From the human T2T-CHM13v2.0 reference genome, Homo sapiens, in the NCBI RefSeq assembly GCF_009914755.1, contig NC_060935.1: DNA of 64,000 nt; one strand, 5' to 3'. The translations under genes and the position numbers were made by a program. Below the pieces are notes generated by a model that was not told the origin of the DNA, searched no databases, and saw only the letters and a program-made list of their open reading frames with translations. Of the stretch, positions 1-19,388 are shown in pieces; the stretch's first letter is position 1, and each line of letters opens with the position of its first letter.

Positions 1-1287
1 GGGAAGGACTGTTGTACTCATTTAGCCATTTGGTGACCATTAAGGAATGATTTGAGATTTTTTGAGTAGGTGAGTAGGGAATATGTAGATTGTCTTGTTG
101 GACAGGAAGTGGAAAGCCAGTTAGGGGGGCTTTGGGGTTATTCCTGCTGAGAGCTCATGAGTATTGTAGCCTAGGCAGTGGCGGTTGATATATTAATGGG
201 CAGTGTTTACAGGTGCCTTTTAACAAGGTCATGTTATTAAGTTTTATAACTTTATCCAAAGTGGTGAGCCACACCATGGTGAAATGGACAAATAATATAA
301 TACAAGTCATAGAGAGACTGTCCTGTCCCCTGAGTACCTGAGGACACAGGTGCAGCCTTTCTTGCTCTCATTCTCTGCATTTTGCCAAGAGTTGGAGAAG
401 TTGGGCCGGTTGCTTGGGTGGGAAAGGCTTTCCCACTCACGCAGGTCCAGCAAGGGAGTTCAGGCACAGGGCCTTGGGGAAGGCCTAGATTCAAGCTGGT
501 GTCAGGGTATGGCCTCACTGTGCCCATTTCCCAACCTTTGTTGGTCTCCACCCATAGGTGGGGTAAGGTTGCCTGATAAACACAGGGTGACACAAAATCA
601 GAATTAGGTGATAGAGGCTACATCCAGGAGCTGCCCATGGCAGGATTGTATCTCCTATCCTGTTGATGGAGTCAAGAGCACAACTTTTTGAGCCAAAGGA
701 GACAACCAGCTTCCAACCTATAGCTGAGTTTTGGTCATGGCCGCATGGCTAGTCATCTAAATATGACCTTAGGCTATTTGAAATGATGATAAGAGGGAGT
801 CATTCAGCCAAAAGCAAAATATTGACAGAACACTGGGACTGGATTAAGTCTGTTGGTATCAGTGATTTGGAACAAAGTTATTGCTTAAGTTGCCCTATTC
901 AATTTGGTTTTTATTTTGCCTCATAGAATTAGGGATATAAAAATACTTTTAAGGTTCAAGGCCAATGATAAATTCAATGGAAGAAAAATTGCTCATAGAA
1001 AAGGAGTATGAATAATGAGAATAGTTCAATAATTAGATATTAAGATTAATGCAGAATTTATCATAAAGCTTTTGTTTGAGCATTAACTGAAAGAAATTTC
1101 AAGATGCTTGCCATCTTTGCCTTGATTAACATGGAACATAATTTAATCTTAGATTGATTACCTTTGGCATTGTAGGGCTTTCATTTTGAACCACAGATTT
1201 TTTGTTATTGTTGTTTATATCTAGAAAGTCTCAGAGCTCAAAGTGTTTCTGAGATAATTCAGAAGGCAGCATGGGAGTGGGCGGTAC

Positions 1288-1597
1288 TTTTTTTTTTTTT
1301 TTTTTTTTTTTTCTGATCTTGCTTTGTTGCCCAGGCTGGATTGCAGTGACACGATTGCAGCTCACTGCTGCCTCAATCCCCTGGGCCAAGCAGTCCTCCC
1401 ACTTCAGCCTGTTGGAGTAGCTGGGACTACAGGCACATGCCACCATGCTCGGCTAATGTTTTAATTTTTTTTTTTGTAGAGACAGGTCTCGCTGTGTTGC
1501 CCAGGCTGGTCTCAAACTCCTGGGCCCAAGCGATCCTCTCACCTTGGCCTTCCAGAGTGCTGGGATTATAATAGGCATGGGCCACTGTGCCCAGTTG
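1288..1597 (-). mobile_element. Alu (AluJ-like)
   Basis: Poly-T then antisense Alu dimer. Confidence 0.9.
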
Positions 1598-2022
1598 GAA
1601 GTGCTTATTTGAAGAATTTCCCATGCTGTTGGTTTTGTAGAAATGTGTTGCTTTTTGTAAAGAGCAAATGATTGGTTCCTTCCCTGGAGTGGGGGAATGA
1701 GGAGGAATAGAATTAATTCAATATTTCAGTTAGTTAACGTTCTAGCACATTTATTTTATAATGCAATACTTCCTTGGGAATAGGAAGTAATACTGTATAA
1801 GACAAGACACTAACTTGTTATGCAGAAGGAAAAAAAAAAGATATTATTACCAAAAACAGATGTGAAGATTTATGGTTGGCCAGAGGGCCTGGGAAATTCA
1901 GAACTGTTCAGTTAGGGAGAACTCGTTTCATAAGAGTAGAGGCTTCACTCTTAAGTAGCGGGAAAGGCAGAATTTTGTGGTAACCATGTACAGAGTGCTT
2001 TGTACTTCAAATTTCAGAATGA

Positions 2023-2391
<369 letters not shown>

Positions 2392-3258
2392 TGAAGATTT
2401 AGGCTGCCTGAGGACTCTCCATGCTTTTTATCTATTTTATATATTTTATTGAGCATTTCCACCTCAGATGTTACTTGTATCCAGTAGTTAAAAGCAGGGA
2501 GAAAGATCTTTCACACTGGCTAGAGTACAGTAACATCCAGCTTGGGAGTTAGGTTTTGAAGACACTTCACCAAAATGGACAATTCCTTAACTCACTGTGA
2601 AATCACCAAGACTTAGACCCTTGGAAGTGCGAAAGCCAAGAGTTGGAGTCTTCTGTTTCTCTTTGCAGTTCTGCTGTGGCCCTGGAGGAGCAGGTCTAGC
2701 TAGAATTTGGAGGGGAGCTAGAATTAGCAGGGAAGGCTGGGGAGAAGAGAGTAGGGGAGGCAGAGCAAGTCAAAGGATTCCCCTCCCTTCATTTTTTCCT
2801 AAGTGAATAAAGTTAGGTGAATCAACTTACCACTTTTTGTTTTTTGGAACTCATTTATCAAACTTAGGATCTTTTTCTTTTAACTACTTTTTTTTTGGTG
2901 TCGTATACAAACAGCCTCTGGTTCTAATTACTTTTTCTAATAAGTCAAGCAGAATGCTTGATTAAAGTTTTTTCCTTTTACTATTCCACAGTTTAATATA
3001 GATCTTAGTTATTTTCTTTTCCCATTTAGGACACGTGTTTTAGTAATATAGACTGCATGCATTGATCCCTTTAGAAATTTTACTGATGATTTATATTTAT
3101 AGCCACAGATGTCTATATTCAAACAAAGTTTATTTTTCTATGATAAAAATAATACAAGTGTCCTAAAGAAAATTTGGAATATATAGGAAAAAGAAGAAAA
3201 AAGAAAAATTCCCATATAGTCCCAACACCCAAAGGTCATAGCTATTACATTTTGCTAT

Positions 3259-3557
3259 ATTTATTTATCTATTTATTTATTTTTTAGACAGAGTCTCACT
3301 CTGTTGCCCAGGCTGGAGTGCAGTGCATGATCTTGGCTCACTGCAGCCTCTGCCTCTGGGTTCAAGAGATTCTCATGCCTCAGCCTCCCGAGTAGCTGGA
3401 AGTATAGGAGTGTGCCACCACGCCAGCTAATTTTTGTATTTTTAGTAGAGACAGGGTTTCATTGGCCAGGCTGGTCCTGAACTCTTGACCTCAGGTGACC
3501 CACCCACTTTGGCCCCCCAAAGTGCTGAGATTACAGGCATGAGCCACCGCGCCTGGC
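3259..3557 (-). mobile_element. Alu (AluS-like) with (TTTA)n tail
   Basis: Antisense Alu dimer. Confidence 0.9.
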
Positions 3558-4902
3558 TTGATTGTAAAAGTAGAGCATTTGGGCTGTGACCCTGAAGCTC
3601 AGTGAAAGAGCTTAATTGTTCCTGTGGTCAGTGCTTTAAAGACAACTACCACTTTGAGTAAAGGTCAGGGCTCATTTGGAAGTAGGATTTTAAAAATTAA
3701 CTAGGCACATTTCAAAGAGCTAGTTCTTAATGAAGAAAACACTGTGATGGCTGGTTTTTGGAGCATTTTGCTTTTCATGTAGATGTGACTGATCTGTTGA
3801 ATTTGTTGAGTGAATAATTGGGCTCTATAATAGTATGGTGTTCTTCCTTCCCCTACACACACACTTGGTGTCTTGATGAATGTCATACATAGGCACCTCT
3901 TGATTATCCACTGTGGATAATCTATTACGGCAGTGAGCTGGCTAAAATTCCAACCCCAGATTGGTTTGCTCAAACCACTTAATATGTTTCTGGGCCACTC
4001 CTGTTTAGGCAGTGTGTGCTCGGGTAATGAAAGCTTCTGCTAATGTCAGCCAAAGCATAGTTGAGAAAATAAATATGCTAAAACGAAAAAAAAGCCTTAT
4101 AATTTATTTCAAAAGTCATAGAAAATATTTTGATTGTATTTGTCACTGTTTCTTATAAGTCCAGATAAGTAAGTGCTGATATACAATTACCACATTTTAA
4201 AAAATTCTTTGTTTATTGGTCTGTGGAGGGTATGAAAGTGAAGCTACAATGGAACAAAGTCATCATTGTCAGTAAAGGAGAGATACCCTGAGAATCCTAA
4301 AAACACTTTACGGAATAGCAAAGTAGAGTTCTGTAATGGAAATACTGTATATGCTGGGCTGGAGGAGACAAAAAACCCAGAGTTCCAACCCCATATCTAC
4401 CACTGGCTACCGTGTGACCTTGCAGCAGTCAGGTCCCATCACAGAGCTCCATGCTTGTGTCTGTAGATTCAAGGAGCAGAACCAGAACTTTCAGATTTCC
4501 CTCAAGAATTTTGTGATGCAGTGTTTGAATTGAGCCCAAGTCCAAATGACACAATTTTTCAAGTCAATTTTGAAATGTGTCTTTGAGCCTCATCCCTATA
4601 TGGTGGCCAAATCAAGCCTGTATAAACTTCTACATGTGCTGTACCCCTCAGAAGACTTGATAGATGAGACCCTTTGAAGTGTCAAAAGGGACTTTGAGAT
4701 TCATTCATAAAGTGCGGCAGCCTGTGCAAGCATTTAGCAGATGGCAGCGTTCCCTAAGAATCTTCATACTACCTGTAGCTAAATGCGGGAAATTAAAAAT
4801 AATATGTGTGCGTTGTGTTTATATCTGTGTATGTGTACGTGTGTATTTGATTACCACTTGAATTTATTTCTCATCACAGTGATTATTTGCAGACTTACTT
4901 GA

Positions 4903-5208
<306 letters not shown>

Positions 5209-6569
5209 TAATAGTAAATTGGGCCCCTTACTGGGTGGAGTTGAAGGGTTATATTACTCTGGTCTTTTGCCTCAAAGCATGCAGACTCCGTCTCAGTTTC
5301 TTCAAACTTTATTGAAGGGATATGGGGAGGGGGCATTGGGGAAACAGTTATCTCATGGGAATTTAAGAAATGAGCATGTACAGCTTACGTGGAGACAAAT
5401 CTAAGAATCTGGGCAGGACAGTCCAGGTTCAAGGACTAGAACTAGAGATCCAAAATAGCTCCAGGAGCCTCGGCCACAAGAGTGTGGGCGTTTCCACTGC
5501 AGGGCTCGTCCTTCACGTGGCTTATTCTCCATCTGTCTGCTTCTGCTTGCCAATGCTAATTGATTATTTTTACCACAGCTTCCTGTTTTCTCCTATCTGC
5601 GTCAGAGCTTCTGTTTTATCATGGTTGTGGCTCTTCCACAACAATGGAAAACTCTCCTTTATGGCGTCTTTCTCCATTATTACTTTTTTTTTTTGGACCA
5701 CCTTTTACTCCTTCTCTCAACATGTCTATCTCTAGATTCTAGAGAGATGGAATCCTATTGACTTGGCTAATCTTTTCACCCCAGGTTGCACCATTGGCCT
5801 TGGTCAGGCTCTAGTTAACCGCCCCAGGGCAAATGCTCATCCTCTTTCCAGTTGCCTATGGCTGCCCTAAGAGCTGTTTCAGCACATGCTATGAAGGAGG
5901 CCCTTGGACTTGGAAGGGCTGTAGGTGGGCAGCTGCCTCCTTAATGTGTCCAGTGCAACTTATACCACACACAATAAAATAATAAAGTTAAAGGTATAGT
6001 TGTTCTAGAGCTCTGTTTGAGCAGTTAGTGTTAAACTTAGTATTTAAATTAGATTAGAACCTATTTCTAGTTTCTCAGTTTGTGAATGTGGGTTCCAAGT
6101 AAAAAATACTTATACATGAATTAATTCGCTGTGAGGATATCTTTGCTTGAAAAGCATTTACGTATATACATATATACGTATATATAAAAAAGAAATTACA
6201 TTATTGTGGGATATAAACCATTTTTAGATGAGCTTAAAACATTTCCTGCATACCTTTTATGTAACTGCATTATTTTTGGTGATGCAGATGACACCAAGTA
6301 TATTACAGTACATTCCCTGCCTCTCAAAGAATTTTGCCTATGTGAGGTCAATACAGGTATTAAACCAGCTCATACAACCCCTGCAAAAATTAATGAGGCT
6401 ATTGCTTACACATGAAAATTTATTATGTGCTCATTCTTATTGAGAGAATTTCTTATCACTATATAGGATATAGTGTGGTTTTTAAGTAATCACAATACTA
6501 TTGTTATAGATTCATAGCATAATTCTGTGATGATGTATCACATGGGAAATACATAAGAAGGTCCAGATT

Positions 6570-8200
<1,631 letters not shown>

Positions 8201-9065
8201 TTTGATTAGATTGTGTTAATCGAAAATGTCTGATTAACTTTGGTATCAGGTTTAAACTTTACTCAAAAATTTAAAAACATAATTATAGCCTGATATTTGA
8301 TGACTTATGGAAATGATGCATCTCTTAATATTTTATGAAGTTGATACTTTGGATAATTGGATATTATTGGACTTCATAAACATTAATAGAACAGCACGTA
8401 GAACAGAGTCTCGCACATTATAGATACTCAATATTTGTTGAATGAGTGGAATGAATGAATGAAATGTAAGAATAAAATCATAGCTACAACCTTTTGATTT
8501 CAGAATGGGGCAGAGGCTGCTCGGATTCACATATCTGATACTAAGCTCCTATTTTTCATTTTAATTTATGGATATTTATTTTAGAGGTCAACCCAATAAT
8601 CTAGCAAAATATCACTATTAATATGTCTTGCTTAAGAAATATTGGCTTCTGAATAACTACAGATACACATGTATAAATGAGGTAGTTTTTTAGATGTCTA
8701 TATATAGATATAATTATCTATATATCAAATTATATCTCTAGCTAAATTAGTTAATTTTCCTCCATGGTTCTGGGAGAATTGAACAAAGGTATTGTGCTAA
8801 GTTTACATTCAAAGGCAGCTTGCACATTTTAGACTTGTCAGTATTAAGAATGTGGTGAGGTTTTAAATTGTAGATCTATTTATAAGAGATTTATAGCAGT
8901 TACTATAAAGGATATTATTAGAAAGCAGGTATGAGCTATTAACAAATGAATTTTACTTATTTTGCTTAAAACAAAAAGTGAAGGACACAACCCAAATTTA
9001 AAATTTAAAATTATTCTTAACTTCTAAAGTTTTTTTTATCATTGATTTCCTAAGTGTTGTAGTAG

Positions 9066-9335
<270 letters not shown>

Positions 9336-9606
9336 TGACTTAAGAGAACTTAAAAAAAAAAAAATAAACTAGTAATCCCCAACCAACTTCTGATTATTTT
9401 CTTTCCATGTTTTATCTGGTCTGGCATATCCATCGTCCTTAGCTGTTTGTCCAGTGTGTACTAATTTAGTTGTGTTCAGACTGAATTTTGTCCTATTCTG
9501 TTTAATTCAGCTGCAGCCAAGTTCTGTGCAAGATAGTAAATGTGCAATATCAAAATGTGAGTCCTGCTGCAATTCTACTTAAACTTTGGATGATAATAAA
9601 TATATC

Positions 9607-9748
9607 AGCCGGTGTGATGGCATGCACCTGTAGTCCTAGCTACTTAGGAGGTTGAGATGGGAGGATCGCTTGAGCCCAGGAATACAGGGCCAGCCTGGAC
9701 AACATAGGGAGACCCTGTCTCTAAAATCAGTCAATCAGTCAATCAGTC
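9607..9748 (+). mobile_element. Alu monomer (FLAM/FRAM-like)
   Basis: Single arm, tail decayed to (AATCAGTC)n. Confidence 0.8.
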
Positions 9749-10432
9749 TGTCTTTCTTTTTTGCATTTTTATGGTTTAAAACCTGCCTAAAGGCTTAATG
9801 TCATAATACCTCGATCCTCCTTCAGATGCAGACTAGAAATTTGCATGATTTCTGGAATAAGAACTGCAATGCTTCCAAAAGGCAGGCTAGACTTTCATGC
9901 TAAGGTGCTGGGGTATTTCTGATGGCCGCTCATCGAGCTGAGTGAAGCCCTCTCACTTCTGGTTTCCTGGCCTGTCCCAGAGCTAAGCTTTTTGCAAATC
10001 TAGAAATCCCCCTTTTTCCTTGGCCCCTAGTTGCTGCTTCTCAGTTCCTAGGGGCAGCTGGGCTAGCAGCTGTCTGGGCTGTGTCCCAGAGCCTGGGTTC
10101 CAGTATCAGCAGAGAGCTTGACAGGCGCTCTGTGTGGTAGGCAGGGCAGGATTTATCTCCTTTTACTGGAGAGAATGGATACGACAGCTTGTAAATAGCA
10201 GAACTGGGCTGGAACCCTTGGCATTCTCCTTTCACATATGCTGAAACTGTAAGGCTTTTATGGGTTCCCAATGCCCTGCCTCCTCTTGCTGTCCACTGGG
10301 GAATTCCTGCCTGAAGTGTGTGGAGTTGTGCTGCATGTACCAGTGTTCTTGTATCCTTCACATTAACTTTAGGCTGTGTCTGGGCCCGTTTCTCAATGTA
10401 AATCACTGTAATTTGTTAAGCGCTTACTCTGA

Positions 10433-11525
<1,093 letters not shown>

Positions 11526-11798
11526 GATTAGGTGTCATTTTCTTGCGCATTTCGGCAGAGGGACATAAGCTCAGTAAGTTAAGTGACCTATCCGAGGTTG
11601 CTCAGCCAGTATATGTCAGAGTGTTCACTGGACCTGCATCTTAACTCTGAGGCTGGCATTGTTAAACACCTGTAGTACTGCCTCCTGCTGAAACGTCTTT
11701 CCTCCCCTATGGAATAAACACTGGGAAACCACAGTCCCTGGGGAGTGATATAGTAGGGAGTTAGAGTAATGCTTGCATTTATTTTCCTTTGGCCTTAG

Positions 11799-11933
<135 letters not shown>

Positions 11934-12181
11934 TAGGCATGACTTAGTTACCACTTAGCATTACAGTCTGCAGGGGCCATTACCTGCCACTGTTAGATTT
12001 CTTAGGCAGCTGTGCAGAAATTCATTTGAGAGATAAAGAATTCACTGGCAAAACACATACTCTTCATTTTAGCGCTGGGCAATTTAAGACAGTTAAAGTG
12101 AATGAATTCTGAATTATTATTTTCATTTGCATACATATTAAAACTGAGTAAATATCACGTTGCTGCCCATGAGGTGATTAA

Positions 12182-12274
<93 letters not shown>

Positions 12275-12900
12275 GGCCGGGGCCCTGCACCTGTGCAGCG
12301 AAGCTTAGCGTTCATCCGTGTAACCCGCTCATCACTGGATGAAGATTCTCCTGTGCTAGATGTGCAAATGCAAGCTAGTGGCTTCAAAATAGAGAATCCC
12401 ACTTTCTATAGCAGATTGTGTAACAATTTTAATGCTATTTCCCCAGGGGAAAATGAAGGTTAGGATTTAACAGTCATTTAAAAAAAAAATTTGTTTTGAC
12501 GGATGATTGGATTATTCATTTAAAATGATTAGAAGGCAAGTTTCTAGCTAGAAATATGATTTTATTTGACAAAATTTGTTGAAATTATGTATGTTTACAT
12601 ATCACCTCATGGCCTATTATATTAAAATATGGCTATAAATATATAAAAAGAAAAGATAAAGATGATCTACTCAGAAATTTTTATTTTTCTAAGGTTCTCA
12701 TAGGAAAAGTACATTTAATACAGCAGTGTCATCAGAAGATAACTTGAGCACCGTCATGGCTTAATGTTTATTCCTGATAATAATTGATCAAATTCATTTT
12801 TTTCACTGGAGTTACATTAATGTTAATTCAGCACTGATTTCACAACAGATCAATTTGTAATTGCTTACATTTTTACAATAAATAATCTGTACGTAAGAAC
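12275..12900 (+). other. CAT: CAT 3' UTR
   Basis: AT-rich stretch between the stop and AATAAA; 3' end inferred ~15-20 nt after the signal. Confidence 0.85.
12877..12882 (+). terminator. CAT: CAT polyadenylation signal AATAAA (variant ATTAAA also at 12621-12626)
   Basis: Canonical hexamer followed by a T-rich downstream tract (12910-12922). Confidence 0.85.
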
Positions 12901-13328
12901 AGAGATGGTATTTTCTTTCTTTCGACTCCATATGTAACTGTAAACTGCTACCAGACTCTTAATTTGAACATCATCATTTTCAGATGTTTACCCTTAAAAA
13001 TGGAAATGCCAGTATCTCGAGGACTCCATGTTATTTGTTTAAATCTATAGCCTTTGGACAGCCTTCTGAGACACTGATAAAATAGCAAATGCCCCAACTT
13101 TGAAAATTACTTAAATCTCTTGTCCATTTGCTCACTTACCTGTGATTGACTTTTTAAAACAAGGGCTCAGAACCACTGGTCACTTTCCTCTTCCTTCTTT
13201 TTAAAGCCCATATTTGCCTATCATGGTTGAAAATCACATGGAAGACTTTAAAGATGAGTTCTGAATACTAAATGAAAATTTGTTTTCCTTGAAAATCTTT
13301 ATTCCGTTCATATTCAAAACCAGTTTGT

Positions 13329-13739
<411 letters not shown>

Positions 13740-13752
13740 TCAAATTTCTTTA

Positions 13753-14236
<484 letters not shown>

Positions 14237-14418
14237 CCAATGGTCCATTCTTAGTCCTTGTCTTACATGACCTCTCAGCGGTGTTTGACACAGTTGGTCG
14301 TTCACACTGCCTTCTTCATTGTTTATTTATTTTAGAGACGGCATATCATTATGTTGCCCAGGGTGGCCTCTGCCTCCTGAGTAACTGGGACTACAGGCAC
14401 ACATCACCATGCCCAGCT

Positions 14419-14547
14419 TTCCTCCTCGTCCCTTTCTCCTCCTCCTCATTTTTCTTCCTCCTCCTCCTCTCTCTTCTTCTTGTCCTTGCCCTCATCCTCC
14501 TCCTTTTTTTTTCTTCCTTCTTCCTTTTTTCTTCTCTCTCTTTTTTA
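14419..14547. repeat. CT-rich low-complexity tract
   Basis: CCT/CTT-rich polypyrimidine run. Confidence 0.8.
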
Positions 14548-15062
14548 AAATAAGAGCTTTATTGAGATATAATTCACATACCGTAAAAACCACCCATTTA
14601 AAGTGTACGAGTAAATTTTTTTTGTATATTCACAGAATTGCGCAACCATCACCACAATCAATTTTGGAGCATTTTCATCACCCCAAAGGGAAACCTGTAC
14701 CTATCAGCAGCCACTCTCCATTTCTTTCTTAACCTAGTCCCCAGCCCTAGGCCATCATGAATCTAAGATTTGCCTACTCTGCATGTTTCATTTAAATGGA
14801 ATAATATAGTATGTGGTCTTTTGTGACTGGCTTCTTTCACTTAGCATAATATTTTCAAGATTCTTACATATTGTAGCATCTATGAGTGCTTCATTTTTTT
14901 AATTGCCAAATAATATTCCATTTTATGGATTTACTATGTTTTATTTATCCGTTTATCATTTGATGGACATTTGGATTGTTTCTACTTTTTGGCTATTATG
15001 AATAGTGCTGGTATGAACATTTCTGTACATATTTTTGTGTGGACATAACATTTTCATTTCTT
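14548..15062 (-). mobile_element. L1MB-like 3' region
   Basis: GCTTTATTGAGATATAATTCACATAC... and TTTTGTGACTGGCTTCTTTCACTTAGCATAAT. Confidence 0.8.
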
Positions 15063-15090
15063 GCATTCTCATCTTAAAAGGTGTTTTTCT

Positions 15091-15385
15091 GGCTGGGTGC
15101 GGTGGCTGCCACCTGTAATGCCAGCACTTTGGAAGGCTGAGGCGGGCGGATCACGAGGTCAAGAGTTCAAGAGCAGCCTGGCCACTATGGTGAAACCCCA
15201 TCTCTAATAAAAATACAAAAAAAAATTAGCTGGGCGTGGTGGCAGGCGCCAGTAATCCCAGCCAGTCAGGAGGCTGAGGCAGGAAAATTGCTTGAACCTG
15301 GGAGGCGGAGGTTGCAGTGAGCCGATTGCGCCACTGCACTCCAGCCTGGGTGACAGAGCGAGACTCCGTCTCAAAAAAAAAAAAA
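15091..15385 (+). mobile_element. Alu (AluS-like), TSD AAAAGGTGTTTTT
   Basis: Sense dimer with poly-A and direct repeat. Confidence 0.9.
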
Positions 15386-15471
15386 GGTGTTTTTCACCTA
15401 CACTCTGCCACACCACTATCTAAAAATGTAAATATTAGACTCTTAATATATAAAAATCTGTTCTTTTGCTG

Positions 15472-16129
15472 TGTCAAGCCCCTTGACATAAGTAACTCCA
15501 TCTTAGAGACTCCATCTTATATTTCATAGGGCACTTTGCGAACAGGGACAAGATGTTTGCTTAATAAATAAAGACTGCATCCAACCAGATGAGGACATCA
15601 ACAAGCACACTTTTCCACTCTCAGTCCTCACTAGAGGACTGTGGCTATAAAAAGAACAGGACTTGCGCAGCTTGAAATGGCCGTCTTAACTACACCATCT
15701 TGCTGTTAATCATGATAATCACCTGGCATCTGCCACTGAAGGCTCTCGGACTGCCTGGCGCAGACCAGGAGATTCTTTTTGCCTTAGTCGCTCTCCCTGA
15801 ATTGATTCATTAACCCTTTCTTCCTATCCTTCTTCTTTTGATGTTCAATATTACTTTGTTGTGGCATGTTTAATCTATAACATTTATATTTTAAGTATAC
15901 TATTATGTATGATCTGCCACATTGACTGACTTGTGGAGTGGCTTGAGCCTGTGTGACTGCAGCTCTGACTATCGAGCAAATGGGAAGCACTGAGGCAAAC
16001 TGCCTCCTTAGGAACTCCGTGCAGCTCGTGGCTTTTGTGATTGAGATTACTTCAAGAAAGTCAGACATTGTGGAAAGACACAAATGTGCATGGACCTGAT
16101 CATCTCTGACCTCACGCTGCTCATGAGAC
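15472..16129 (+). mobile_element. Probable solo ERV LTR (family uncertain)
   Basis: TG start, repeated ACTCCATCTTA, TATAAAAA at 15646-15653, LTR-like ~650 bp length. Confidence 0.5.
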
Positions 16130-16238
16130 TTGCTCTTCTAAAAGGAGGGCTTGGTCTGGGCTTTTAGAAGCACTGTGAAGGATTGCCTAGTTTGTTTCAA
16201 ATAAATGTCAGGATTTTGGTTTAAAAACACATTAATTC

Positions 16239-16611
<373 letters not shown>

Positions 16612-16837
16612 TTAAGAACTTCTTAGCACTCATTTTTCTGGGAGAAAAGCCACAAGCAAGCTACTTGGGCCATTTCTTTGCCTCTTAGTTCGTGGCATTA
16701 CCAAAGGGCAAAGAGCCAAATTCCACTTTAAACTCTCTGGTAAGCCAAACTGAAGGCCTTAACGTTTTTTTTTAAATCAGTGCTTTTAAAGATGTGAGGG
16801 GTTAGTGGAAGTCAACTTAAAAAGTTCTGTATAATTC

Positions 16838-16838
<1 letters not shown>

Positions 16839-16869
<31 letters not shown>

Positions 16870-17166
16870 GTGGATTCTCACTCTCCTGCCCAGGCTGGAG
16901 TGCAGTGGCATGATCTTGGGCTCACTGCAACCTCCACCTCTGTAATCGCTTGAATCGAGTTCAAGTGACTCTCGTGTCTCAGCCCCCGAGTAGCTGGGAT
17001 TACAGATGCACCCCACCATGTCCAGCTAATTTTTGTATTTTTAGTAGAGACAGAGTTTCACCATGTTGGCCAGGCTGGCCTCGAATTCCTGACCTCAAGT
17101 GATCTGCCCGCCTTGGCCTTTCGAAGTACTGGGATTGACAGGTGTGAGCCACTGCACGTGGCCAGC
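16839..17166 (-). mobile_element. Alu (AluS-like) with a small internal inverted insertion
   Basis: Antisense dimer, TSD TCTGTATAATT. Confidence 0.9.
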
Positions 17167-17213
17167 TCTGTATAATTTTGAACCTCTGAAAAATGTAAAC
17201 AATCACATATTAA

Positions 17214-17681
<468 letters not shown>

Positions 17682-17763
17682 TAAACAGTCCCTTGTATTT
17701 TCTGTCCTTCAATGAATTGTATTATGGAGCTATATGTTTAAGTAAAACTCTTACTTTAAAGAG

Positions 17764-18564
17764 TGTGGTGAATTGGACAGTGATCCCCCAAAAGATATAT
17801 CCATGTTCTAATCCTTGGAACCTGTGAGTGTGACTCATTTGGAAAAAGGATCTTTGCAATGTCATAAGTTACAGATCAAGAGGAAACTGGGCGTGGTGGC
17901 TCACGCCTGTAATCCTAGCACTTTGGGAGGCCTGGGCAGGCGAATCACCTGAGGTCAGGAGTTTGAAATCAGCCTGGCCAACATAGTGGAACCCCATCTC
18001 TACTAAAAAATACAAAAAATTAGCCAGGCATGGTGGTGTGTGCCTGTAGTCTCAGGTAGGGAGGCTGAGGCAGGACAATCACTTGAATCCGGGAGGCAGA
18101 GGTTGCCGTGAGCCAAGATTGCACCACTGCACTCCAGCCTGGGTGATAAGAGCAAAACTTTGTGTCAAAAAAAAAAAAAAAGATCAAGAGGAAGTTATCC
18201 TGATTACTCAGGTGGGGCCTAAATCAAATAATAAGTGTCCTTCTAAGAGACCAAAGGGGAGAAGAAGGAGCAGGTTATGTGGAGACCGAGGCAGAGATTG
18301 GAGTTTTGCAGCCACAAGCCACAAAATGCCTGGAGTCACCAGAAGAGGAAGAAGAAGGGAAGGATTCTTTCTTCTTCTTTTTTTTTCTTTTTTCTTTTCT
18401 TTTCTTTCTTTCTTTTTCTTTTTTTTGGAAGGATTCTTTCTTAGAGCCTATGGCTTCCTTGATTTCAGACTTGTTGCCTCCAGAAGGGTGAAAGAAGATA
18501 TTTCTGTTGTTTGAAGCCACCAATTTTGATAATTTGTCACAGGCAACCCTAGAAAGCTAATGCA
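17764..18564 (+). mobile_element. MLT1-type MaLR LTR interrupted by an Alu
   Basis: TG...CA ends, CCCCCAAAAGATAT..CTAATCCTTGGAACCTGTGA start, AAGCCACC..AATTTGTCACAGGCAACCCTAGAAAGCTAATGCA end. Confidence 0.8.
17886..18181 (+). mobile_element. Alu (AluS-like), TSD AGATCAAGAGGAA
   Basis: Sense dimer nested in MLT1. Confidence 0.9.
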
Positions 18565-19388
18565 AAGAGGATGCTAGTTTAATGGTTTTATAAAATGAAA
18601 ATTTCTTGAGTAGCAAGAAGAACGAATGTTTTTGTTCTCTGAACTGCTTGGTGCCCAGGGAGTGGGAGGGAAAGCATCCACATCCAGACAGTGTGTTTCT
18701 CTGCAGTCCTGCCCACTTCTGCCTGTTTGTCCCACCCCAGTCCCTGCCATGCTCCTGAGATGCTTGGCTCTGCTTTATTGTCACTGCCAAGCTCTTGCCT
18801 GAAAACTCCCTATTTCCCTCCTGTTAGCTAATTTCTCTTCTCCTGGACAGTCTTTCCTTTCATCCTGACTGTGGTCCATTAACATGGTACTTACATCTTC
18901 AGGTGGCCAGGACGTGGGTCCCACATTCAAAATGTAAAGGCATTCTGGATGTTTTAACAACCACCATCAATAGTGCAAGAACAAAGTTGAATGGCAGCTG
19001 ACAACCTGCGTGTCCAGAAGGCAGTAGGAAGTAACCAAATCCTCTGTCCAAAGGTGCAACTTCAATTTAGCTCCAGGAAATTACCACCACAAGAGACTGA
19101 GAAACTAGTGTTGCCAGATATGATTTTAAAAGAGAAGCTAGAAACCTGGATTTTTAGGTGAATCTTTCGATTTCTAAATTAGGCAATGAAGTAACAGTAA
19201 GAAATAAAAGAAAACCTCAAGAAAACAGACAATACTATGTGCACCAAACAAAAATGCATCTGTAGGCTATGTGCGTCAATGAACTCCATTTTGTCATGGG
19301 AACCTCTGTCTTATGATATTAAAGGTGGAGGGTAAGATTACTCCATATATTTCTTGCACCTTTTTGGGCTCTTTGAAAATCTCCAGCC

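Noticed and set aside
6159-6180. TACGTATATA-ca-TATATACGTA palindrome (similar one at ~8701-8724)
   Set aside because: TA-rich low-complexity sequence forms such palindromes trivially.
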